Source of the DNA: Candidatus Sumerlaeales bacterium
Lineage (GTDB): Bacteria > Sumerlaeota > Sumerlaeia > Sumerlaeales > Sumerlaeaceae
Direction: 5' to 3'
NCBI GenBank assembly: GCA_038243585.1
Contig: JBBSQY010000054.1
Coordinates: 1 to 20,668 of the forward strand
DNA length: 20,668 nt
Positions 8,334 through 16,066 of this stretch are shown in pieces; the first letter of the stretch is position 1; every line of letters starts with the position of its first letter. The position numbers were made by a program, and so were the translations under genes. The notes under the pieces were generated by a model. The model was given only the letters and a program-made list of their open reading frames with translations. It was not told where the DNA came from and searched no databases.

Positions 8334-11300
8334 CTACTTCGCCTGCAAGGCCTCTAATACCTTCACAGCTTCTGCCAGTCCCCGCCGCTTGGTCCAATCT
8401 TTAAATCCAAACTCCAGTGCGTTGGGGTCATCGGCGTAGATTGCAGGGCCACCTTTGGGAATAGCTTTCTGCGCGCTTTGGCCTAGCTCAGCCAATATGT
8501 TGTCTTTCACCAGCTTAAAGCCCGACTTCATTGCGACAACTTTCCGGATATCCAGCTGCCGAGCCAACATGCGGATCCGCGCAATATGGAACAGGTTATC
8601 CACCGGCTCCGGCAGCTCTTCAGTAGTAGTGCCGTCGCCGCCTGCGGCTTCGCGAACCACGTCGCCGTAACGATCTCGTATTTCCGCGCTGATCTCGTCC
8701 AGGTCTTCCGGCGTTTTTGCCTCGGCCACCCGCTTATACACCATCACTCGCTGGCTTTCAACCGGAATGTACTCCGGCGGCAGGAATGCGCTGACCTTCC
8801 AAACGATTTCCGACTCACGATTTTCCTCTTCGCGGACGTGGCCGTGCATTTCTTCGACGGCCTCTTCCAGCATCCTGCAGTAGAGTTCGAACCCGATGGA
8901 GTTCATGGTGCCGTGCTGCTCTTTGCCCAGCAGGTTGCCGGTGCCCCGGATTTCAAGATCGCGCATGGCGATGTTGAAGCCAACGCCGAGCTCTGTAAAC
9001 TCTTCAATAGCCTGAAGGCGAGCAACGGCCGCTTCGGTAATTGCCTGGCCGCTCGGTATGATAAGATAGGCGTAAGCGCGGCGATTTTCGCGACCAACCC
9101 GGCCCCGCAACTGATAGAGCTGTGCCAGACCAAAGGCGTCGGCGCGGTTAATTATGATCGTGTTGACATTCGGGATGTCGATGCCGCTCTCAATAATGGT
9201 CGTCGAGACGAGGATGTCGTATTTCTGGTCGATGAAATCAAGGAGGATTTGCTCGAGATCATGCTCGTTCATTTGGCCGTGGGCGACCTGGATGCGGGCA
9301 TGGGGTACGATCTCGCGGATGCTGTCGGCAATTGCGTGGATATTCTGAACCCGATTGTGAACGAAAAATATCTGCCCGCCGCGATTGAGTTCGCGAAGAA
9401 TGGCTTCTTCAATCAGCTCGCGGTCCCAGTGGATGGTTTTGGTTTTGATGGGGTGGCGATCAGCCGGAGGCGTGTTGATGATGCTCATATCGCGCAGGCC
9501 GCTAAGAGCCATGTATAGGGTACGCGGGATGGGGGTGGCGGTAAGCGTGAGAAAATCCACGCTCGCGCGCAGCTCTTTCAGGCGCTCTTTATGACTAACC
9601 CCGAAGCGCTGTTCTTCATCGACGACGACCAGGCCGAGTTCGGCAAATTTGATGTTTTTGCTGAGCAGCTGATGAGTACCGATGACCATGTCGACGCTGC
9701 CATCGGCCAGTCCCTTCAGAACTTCCTTTGTTTCTTTGGCGGTGCGGAAGCGCGAGAGCATCTCAACCTTCATAGGGTATTCGGCGTAGCGTTCACGAAA
9801 GTTGTCGAAATGCTGGCGGGCAAGGATGGTGGTGGGGCAGAGCAGCGCGACCTGCTTTTTATCCATGATCGCTTTAAATGCGGCGCGAATCGCCACCTCC
9901 GTTTTGCCGTAGCCGACATCGCCGCACACGAGGCGGTCCATGGGCTTGTCGCCGGCCATGTCGCGCTTGACGTCGTCGATGGCGCGGGCCTGATCGGGGG
10001 TTTCCTGATAGAGAAAACTGCTTTCGAATTCGCGCTGAAACGCACTGTCGGTGCCATAGGCGTGCCCGCGGGCCATGGCGCGGCGGGCATGAAGGCCCAG
10101 CAGTTCCTCGGCCAGCTTCTCGATATCTTCCTGGCTTTTAGTGCGACGCTGTACCCATTTCTTCGATCCCAACTTGTCGAGGGTGGGAGGGGCGGCATCG
10201 CCGGCGCTGAACTTTTGCACGTAGCTGATTTTTTCTACAGGAACCAGCAGCTTGTCGTCGCCGGAGTAAATCAGTTCAAGAAAATCGGTCGTCTTGCCGT
10301 CAACATGTTGGGTACGAATCCCCTCGAACCGTCCGATGCCGTGATCCAGGTGGACGACGTAGTCGCCCTTGCGAATCTCGCGGGCGTCGGCGATAGGCGC
10401 GCCCTTATAAATTTTCCGGTAAACGTGGCGGCGCTTATAACGGCCAAAAATCTCTCGATCCGTGACAAGGTAAATGCCCGCCTCCGCCATGATATAACCG
10501 GCATGGAGCAGGCCCACGGTGATGATGACATCGCGGGTCATGTCGTCGTTTACGGGTAGGGAAGCCTCGCCAACGCGTCCGTTTTCCGGCAGATAAGGCA
10601 GCCCGCCAATCTCGTTTTCCCGCAGCATCTCGTCCATGCGCTGAGCCTGGCCGTCGTTGTCGCACACGATTACGGTGGTGTAGCCGTCCTGCACGCGACG
10701 GCGCATCTGGGTGAGATAATGCTCAAGGCTGGGCTTAATTGTTTCAAAACTGACCGTGTCGAACGTGACGCCGGTGCCGGCGCCTTCGGCCTCAATCAGC
10801 AGCGTGTGGTGAATCTGTTTAAACGGATTGGCGGCGGCGAGAACCTGTTCGAGAGTTGCATAGAGTGCGTCCGGAGCGGGAGTGCCTTCGACGGTTTTTC
10901 CGTGCTCGCGAAACTGACGTTCCACAAGCTGGCGGAACCGCTCATCCAACACCGGATAGACTTCCGTAGTGTCAAAAATCAGCAGCGTACCGGGCGGCAG
11001 CAGATCAAGCAGTATTGGCAGCGCCGCCTGCTCCCCTTCCAGGGCCTTTTCAACGACAACCTTTTCCCGGGCGGGCAACAGCGTGAACCCTTCGAGGTCA
11101 CCGGAACCTTTGAGGCTGCGCTGGGTGTGCAGATCAAAGTAACGAATTGATTCGATGTCGTTGCCGAAGAGATCGATACGAATGGGATTCTCGGCGTCCG
11201 GCGGAAACACATCGATAATGCCGCCGCGCACGCTGAATTCCCCGCGAGTCTCGACGGTGGGCACCGCTTCATACCCGAGTTCAACGCAGCGGTCGGCGAA

Positions 11301-11825
11301 GGCTTCCGTATCCAGCGGCTGAGCAAACTCCACCCGCATGGTGAGAGCGCGAAACGCATCCAGAGTAGGAACACGCGTGAAGAGCGCCTCTATTGATGTT
11401 ATGCCAACGGCAGCCTGGACGGGCATGTCTGTGGCGACGACAGGGGCGGCCTGCCCAGCCAGAAAGCGCAGGAATTCCAGATGTTTGACCTGTTCCTCCA
11501 GCAGAGGTTCGTCTTCATCATAAGGCAGAAGCTGGGTGCGCGGATAATGATAAACGCTGTCAACGCCAAAGAAAAGAGTATCATCGTAGAGTTCGCCGGA
11601 GCGCTCGTAGTTACCGGTAACGATCATGATGACCGGCGGCGTCTGAGCGGCCGTATCGGCGCGAGGAACGGCCAGATCGGCAATCATGGCGGCCAGGGAT
11701 GAACCGCGCAGGCCTTTAATGGAGAAAGGTTTGCCGGGTTTGGCGCGAGCCACCTGATCATGAAGACGCTTTACAGCAGGGGCTTTTTTTATCTGTTCGA
11801 GGAGGAGAGTTTGAAGGTTGTTCAT
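8334..11825 (-). CDS. mfd: Transcription-repair coupling factor Mfd
   Basis: UvrB-homology region (GEFSVRGGIIDVFP), RID (GDYVVHLDHGIGRF), Walker A CGDVGYGKT, DEEQRFG, TATPIPRT, QLRGRVGR, TRG motif RDLEIRGTGNLLG.EQHG and a C-terminal TRCF domain. Start is ATG 11825 or GTG 11840. Confidence 0.98.
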   Translation of the reverse strand: MNNLQTLLLEQIKKAPAVKRLHDQVARAKPGKPFSIKGLRGSSLAAMIADLAVPRADTAAQTPPVIMIVTGNYERSGELYDDTLFFGVDSVYHYPRTQLLPYDEDEPLLEEQVKHLEFLRFLAGQAAPVVATDMPVQAAVGITSIEALFTRVPTLDAFRALTMRVEFAQPLDTEAFADRCVELGYEAVPTVETRGEFSVRGGIIDVFPPDAENPIRIDLFGNDIESIRYFDLHTQRSLKGSGDLEGFTLLPAREKVVVEKALEGEQAALPILLDLLPPGTLLIFDTTEVYPVLDERFRQLVERQFREHGKTVEGTPAPDALYATLEQVLAAANPFKQIHHTLLIEAEGAGTGVTFDTVSFETIKPSLEHYLTQMRRRVQDGYTTVIVCDNDGQAQRMDEMLRENEIGGLPYLPENGRVGEASLPVNDDMTRDVIITVGLLHAGYIMAEAGIYLVTDREIFGRYKRRHVYRKIYKGAPIADAREIRKGDYVVHLDHGIGRFEGIRTQHVDGKTTDFLELIYSGDDKLLVPVEKISYVQKFSAGDAAPPTLDKLGSKKWVQRRTKSQEDIEKLAEELLGLHARRAMARGHAYGTDSAFQREFESSFLYQETPDQARAIDDVKRDMAGDKPMDRLVCGDVGYGKTEVAIRAAFKAIMDKKQVALLCPTTILARQHFDNFRERYAEYPMKVEMLSRFRTAKETKEVLKGLADGSVDMVIGTHQLLSKNIKFAELGLVVVDEEQRFGVSHKERLKELRASVDFLTLTATPIPRTLYMALSGLRDMSIINTPPADRHPIKTKTIHWDRELIEEAILRELNRGGQIFFVHNRVQNIHAIADSIREIVPHARIQVAHGQMNEHDLEQILLDFIDQKYDILVSTTIIESGIDIPNVNTIIINRADAFGLAQLYQLRGRVGRENRRAYAYLIIPSGQAITEAAVARLQAIEEFTELGVGFNIAMRDLEIRGTGNLLGKEQHGTMNSIGFELYCRMLEEAVEEMHGHVREEENRESEIVWKVSAFLPPEYIPVESQRVMVYKRVAEAKTPEDLDEISAEIRDRYGDVVREAAGGDGTTTEELPEPVDNLFHIARIRMLARQLDIRKVVAMKSGFKLVKDNILAELGQSAQKAIPKGGPAIYADDPNALEFGFKDWTKRRGLAEAVKVLEALQAK

Positions 11826-11982
11826 AGGGTAGAAAAGCACTTACCAACGAAGGGCGTTGGCATTTACAGATGGCAAACATTCTCGATGTCGTTCAGGATT
11901 GTTCTGTACATTATCCTTGCCCCGGCCCTTATATTGTCTTATACATAGGGATCATGAAACCATATAGGCAGGAGCAGTCTTT

Positions 11983-12201
11983 ATGAGTGCGGAAACTTTT
12001 CGACAATACGTATTAATATTAGCCGGCATATTCGTGGTAGGCGCGCTGGTTATCGGCTACCTCATTTCAGAAAACGGTCGATACAGCCAATATGATCAGC
12101 AAAAGGACACAATGGTAACTACCGGAAGCTCCAGCAGAGGTCCAGCGAAACTCCTTGATACGCGTTCAGGAATCGTAATTCCCGTGGACAGAAAAAACTA
12201 A
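11983..12201 (+). CDS. Small single-pass membrane protein of unknown function
   Basis: 72 aa with SD GCAGGAG 8 nt upstream. Hydrophobic helix YVLILAGIFVVGALVIGYLI followed by NGRY...LLDTRSG. It fills an otherwise empty gap divergent from mfd. Confidence 0.7.
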   Translation: MSAETFRQYVLILAGIFVVGALVIGYLISENGRYSQYDQQKDTMVTTGSSSRGPAKLLDTRSGIVIPVDRKN

Positions 12202-12210
12202 TTTTCATAC

Positions 12211-12231
12211 GCGACAGTTTATAGCTGTCGC
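12211..12231. terminator. Inverted repeat between convergent genes, possible terminator or stabilising hairpin
   Basis: GCGACAG-tttatag-CTGTCGC. The flanking T and A runs are on the wrong sides for a classical intrinsic terminator. Confidence 0.3.
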
Positions 12232-12268
12232 AAAACGTGTTGGCCTGAAACCGGATATTCGAACCGAC

Positions 12269-13543
12269 CTATTCGTAACGAAGGGCTTCGATCGGATCCA
12301 TCCGCGCCGCCCGCCGAGCCGGGTAAAAACCACTTACCAAGCCGACCACTACGCTCACCCCCACCGCCATGATGATAGGGGCGCTTTGCACCTGGGCACC
12401 ATAGGCTTCACCTGTTTCGCTTGTTTTGGCAGTTATATAATTAAAAAGCACAATGCCCCCGACCCCCATCCCCACGCCGACGAATCCGCCCACGGTGCTC
12501 AGCGCGATGGATTCAAAAAGGAACTGGCTCAGTAGATCCCGCTCTTTGGCACCCAGGGCTTTGCGAATGCCGATTTCCCGGGTCCGCTCCGTTACCGTAA
12601 CAAACATAATGTTCATAATGTTGACGCCGCCTACGAGAAGGCTGATTCCCGCTACGCTGCCCAGCAGCACCGTAAAGACCTTCGCAATAGAATCAAGGCT
12701 GTCGACGGCGCTCTGGATATTTCTGACAGTGAAATCATCGTCTCTGCCCGGCTGAATACGGTGCTGTTTTCTAAGCACCTCTTCGACGGCCGTCTGAGCC
12801 ACCGTCATATCGACGCCTTTTTTTACCTTAATGTAAATGTTTTCGATATGGTTCTGACCCAGCACTTGCTTCATAACCGTTGTATAGGGCGCCCAAAGGT
12901 TATCATCAGAATTCTCATCTTTTGGCTTTGTCATGCCGATCACAATAAAGTTGGCGCCGTTTACCTTGACTTGCTGGTCTATTGGGCTTACGCCTTCGCC
13001 AAAAAGATCGACGGCGGTTTTAGGGCCGATCACCACAACTTTATCCGCTCGCGCCACTTCCATGTCTGTAAAAATTCGACCGGCTGCGATAGGAAAATTT
13101 CTAATGTCAAAGTAAGGAGGCGCTTCGCCGTTGATTTCAACGCTGGAATTCTTATTGCCAAACTTAGCTTGAACATTCCCGTCCAGATCGGGCGATACTG
13201 CTTCAACGTATTGCGGGACTTCAGCAAAGATAGCCAGAGCGTCTTCAACAGTGAGACTTTGCCCCTCTGCGTTGCGCACGCCACTGCCGCCGCCGCTATA
13301 CCCCGCTCGCACACTAAGAAGATTCGCGCCAAAGGCTGCCATTTGAGACGTTATTTTTTCCCTGGTGCCAGCGGCAAGTCCCAGCATGGCGATAACCGAG
13401 GCGACTCCTATAATAATACCCAGCGTAGTAAGGAGCGAACGCATCAAGTGCGCTCTAAGGGCCCGAAGGGCAACTTTAACTATGGTCCATGGCAGCATGA
13501 GTAAAAATTTAAACCGCATGAACGATAAAATTTGCCAACTCAT
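12269..13543 (-). CDS. MacB-type (type VII) ABC transporter permease, MacB_PCD + FtsX domains
   Basis: [19 protein letters not shown], a large extracytoplasmic domain, [39 protein letters not shown] and C-terminal [17 protein letters not shown]. No fused ATPase. The start could be 13519 or 13498. Confidence 0.93.
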   Translation of the reverse strand: MSWQILSFMRFKFLLMLPWTIVKVALRALRAHLMRSLLTTLGIIIGVASVIAMLGLAAGTREKITSQMAAFGANLLSVRAGYSGGGSGVRNAEGQSLTVEDALAIFAEVPQYVEAVSPDLDGNVQAKFGNKNSSVEINGEAPPYFDIRNFPIAAGRIFTDMEVARADKVVVIGPKTAVDLFGEGVSPIDQQVKVNGANFIVIGMTKPKDENSDDNLWAPYTTVMKQVLGQNHIENIYIKVKKGVDMTVAQTAVEEVLRKQHRIQPGRDDDFTVRNIQSAVDSLDSIAKVFTVLLGSVAGISLLVGGVNIMNIMFVTVTERTREIGIRKALGAKERDLLSQFLFESIALSTVGGFVGVGMGVGGIVLFNYITAKTSETGEAYGAQVQSAPIIMAVGVSVVVGLVSGFYPARRAARMDPIEALRYE

Positions 13544-13691
13544 AAGAGAGATTTGGTGTTGGCTGTTTTAATAATTTTTGCTGGATTCGGTACGGATGGA
13601 ACGAGATGCGCTTCTGTTGTGTCTTTAGGTGATAATCCGGCCTTGCAATTTAGCCGGAAACGCCCAATCTGCCTCGAAAGCACAAAACTAT

Positions 13692-14342
13692 TTGCTGACA
13701 TTTATACGCGAAAGCCTGACAAACTTCAAGCGAACCGGAGCGCTGATGCCCAGTTCTCCGTTTCTGGCCAAGAAGCTTGCCTTGGCGATGAGCCATCGTA
13801 GTTTTCCCGATGGCCCCGCGGAAATACTCGAGGCAGGCCCTGGAACCGGCGCTTTGACGACGGAGATCGTAAAACACCTCCGCCCTGGCGATCATTTGAC
13901 TTTGTGTGAAATCAATTCCTGTTTTGTGCGACATCTGTCCAATCGACTGATCGAAGATGAAGCGCTGGCGCCGTGGGCCCATCAGATTACCATCCATCAC
14001 GGCCCTGTGGAAGAACTGGGTGCCGTTTCATATTATGACCATATCGTAAGCGGATTGCCGTTTAATAATTTTTCTCCAGCGCTGGTGCGTCACATTTTTG
14101 AGGCTTTCATGTCGGCGGCGAAGCCTTCCGGAACTATTTCGTTTTTCGAATACATAGGCATTCGAAAGCTGAAAGCGCCGTTTCTGTCCGATGAAGAGCG
14201 AGAGCGGCTGGACGAAGTCGAAGCGATTCTTGAAGAATTTATGAAGCGGGGCGAACGTCACATGACCCTGCTGAACCTGCCTCCGGCCTGGGCGTGTACC
14301 ATGCGCACCCCTATGTTGGCTCCTGTGGGCGCTGTGGCTTGA
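13692..14342 (+). CDS. SAM-dependent lipid N-methyltransferase, PmtA/OlsG-like (COG3963 type)
   Basis: TGALMPSSPFLA, motif I ILEAGPGTG, LCEIN..F, IVSGLPF, F.Y and NLPPA are characteristic of this family. Probable start is TTG 13692; the ORF is open from 13629. Confidence 0.8.
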   Translation: MLTFIRESLTNFKRTGALMPSSPFLAKKLALAMSHRSFPDGPAEILEAGPGTGALTTEIVKHLRPGDHLTLCEINSCFVRHLSNRLIEDEALAPWAHQITIHHGPVEELGAVSYYDHIVSGLPFNNFSPALVRHIFEAFMSAAKPSGTISFFEYIGIRKLKAPFLSDEERERLDEVEAILEEFMKRGERHMTLLNLPPAWACTMRTPMLAPVGAVA

Positions 14343-15319
14343 TTTTAGACCCGCGGCTTGTGCCATGGCACGCCGTGGCACCCGGGATGGCGGTTGCGTC
14401 AGCGGTAGCCATTTCAGCCATGTTTTTAAAAAGGCGTGGACTTGCATTGGCCTTAATAGCCGCCGCGCCGATAATCGGCTGGATGGTCGCCATCTGGATC
14501 TTTCAGGGATTTCCAGAGTTTCTTCCGGATAACCCAACCCTCTGGGCATTTCCCTTTGCCGTTGCAGGCGCTGGGCTTTCTTTCCTTGGATTTCGAAAAC
14601 CCGGCTGCCAGGGCTGTATCGCCGGCATCGCCCGGCTGATTTATATGCCCGCGCTTTGGTTGTTGATTTTTCGTCCGGTATTTGAGTGGGGAGCCGGTAG
14701 CCTTGCCTGGAAGATTCTGGCTTTTGCATTGGTTGGAACAGGCATAATGGCGATGTATGCCAAGCGAGCGGGCCGATGGCCTTCGGCGGAATACGCCCCA
14801 TGGCTGATTGCTTTGGCTGCCTCGGCAATATGTCTGTCGCTAACTGGAACGGCAGTGTTGGGCACGATGGCGCTGGCCCTTTGTTTTTCAACAATTCCTG
14901 CGGCTATTGTGGTTTTAGCGACAGCATTTCGGGGCGGCTCCTTTTTGGCAGAGGATGACGATTCTGCCGAACAGGGTGTCGTAAAGCGCCGGTCGATTTT
15001 CGCGCGACGACGGCCCCAGGGGCTTACATTGCCTCTCGCGTTTACCGTACCCGCGCTAATGTGCTCAGGGCCGCTTTACGCATCAACGACCTGGGGCGTG
15101 GCCTGCTTGGTTTTGGCCGCACCAGTAGCAGGATTTTTTGGATTAAGCGGGATGGAATACTACGTTAGACGGCGCAACGCCCGATGGCCGGCTCAGTTGC
15201 TTAGCTGGAAACATGAACTACTGGCGATTCTGGTAGCGGTAAGCGCAGCCGCAGTGCCGGCGGCCATAGCAGCATACATCGTAATAAGCGCCGCGGCAGC
15301 GACAGAGGCATATTATTAA
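14339..15319 (+). CDS. Polytopic membrane protein of unknown function
   Basis: Roughly 9-11 hydrophobic Ala/Leu-rich segments and one charged loop (AEDDDSAEQGVVKRRSIFARRR). In-frame TTG at 14339 overlaps the upstream TGA (TTGA), implying translational coupling. Confidence 0.75.
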   Translation: MILDPRLVPWHAVAPGMAVASAVAISAMFLKRRGLALALIAAAPIIGWMVAIWIFQGFPEFLPDNPTLWAFPFAVAGAGLSFLGFRKPGCQGCIAGIARLIYMPALWLLIFRPVFEWGAGSLAWKILAFALVGTGIMAMYAKRAGRWPSAEYAPWLIALAASAICLSLTGTAVLGTMALALCFSTIPAAIVVLATAFRGGSFLAEDDDSAEQGVVKRRSIFARRRPQGLTLPLAFTVPALMCSGPLYASTTWGVACLVLAAPVAGFFGLSGMEYYVRRRNARWPAQLLSWKHELLAILVAVSAAAVPAAIAAYIVISAAAATEAYY

Positions 15320-15334
15320 CTTAGGATGGGCATT

Positions 15335-16066
15335 CTATACTTTTGGGTTCTGAAGCTGTGCCGCAATCAATTGATCTATCAATTGAGCGTGTGTGTAAAT
15401 AATAAAATGTCCGCCGCCTTTAATGATTATGTTTGGTTTCACGTACCGCGCAGGCAACAGCCGGTCCCGGCTTCCATGAATGTGGAGCAGGTTTGTCGGC
15501 ACCTGTGTGTTGTCCCAGTCCATAAACGCCTCCAGACCCCACTTATAAAACGCCGGGTCCATCTCCTGCACCATCCGCACCAGTACGTCTAGCGCGGCGG
15601 GATCCCTGGTGCCGAAGGAAAACCCGACGCCCCATCGCAGCAGTGGCGTCCATATTTTTACGATATAGGGCGCCAGATGATAGGTGCCATAAGCGCGGGC
15701 ATATTTTAAATAGAACGGGATTTCGGCATTGGACGCGATACCGGACACGACCACAACGAGGAGTGGTTTCGTGTGCTTTGCAATTTCCACCGCCAGAGCA
15801 GCACCAAACGAAAAACCGATTATAAAAAACGGCTTTGAGTCGTCGATCTGCGGCAGCAGGCGTCGCGAGTATTCCGCCAGGGTTTCGTTAGGTTCATTTG
15901 GAATCCACTCAATGGGATCGACATGGATGTGGGGTGGCATTTTTAGATTTTGGAAGACATTTGGCGTGCCGCCGAGCCCGGAAATTGTATAGCAGGTGAC
16001 AGGCCTGTCTTGGCCGAAACCATGTTCTTGTAGAGTATCAGGACCGGGCAAGACGAGTAACCGCAT
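15335..16066 (-). CDS. Alpha/beta-fold hydrolase (esterase/thioesterase-like)
   Basis: Oxyanion segment ISGLGG, nucleophile GFSFG, acid HIHGSRDRLLP and base GGGHF. The start is uncertain: ATG 16066 or TTG 16051, both inside the last codons of the CLC gene. Confidence 0.85.
   Translation of the reverse strand: MRLLVLPGPDTLQEHGFGQDRPVTCYTISGLGGTPNVFQNLKMPPHIHVDPIEWIPNEPNETLAEYSRRLLPQIDDSKPFFIIGFSFGAALAVEIAKHTKPLLVVVVSGIASNAEIPFYLKYARAYGTYHLAPYIVKIWTPLLRWGVGFSFGTRDPAALDVLVRMVQEMDPAFYKWGLEAFMDWDNTQVPTNLLHIHGSRDRLLPARYVKPNIIIKGGGHFIIYTHAQLIDQLIAAQLQNPKV

Noticed and set aside
8586..11150. Long + strand ORFs (310, 322 and 143 aa) antisense to mfd
   Set aside because: Shadow ORFs expected from the GC-rich codon bias of mfd; the translations have no protein-like motifs.
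13636..13658. Inverted repeat TCCGGC-N11-GCCGGA next to a GATAAT in the permease/methyltransferase divergent region
   Set aside because: Only 6 bp per arm in a GC-rich genome and no second copy, so it is indistinguishable from chance.
12761..14894. Antisense ORFs 12761-13504 (+) and 14028-14894 (-)
   Set aside because: They fully overlap well-supported genes on the opposite strand and have implausible composition.
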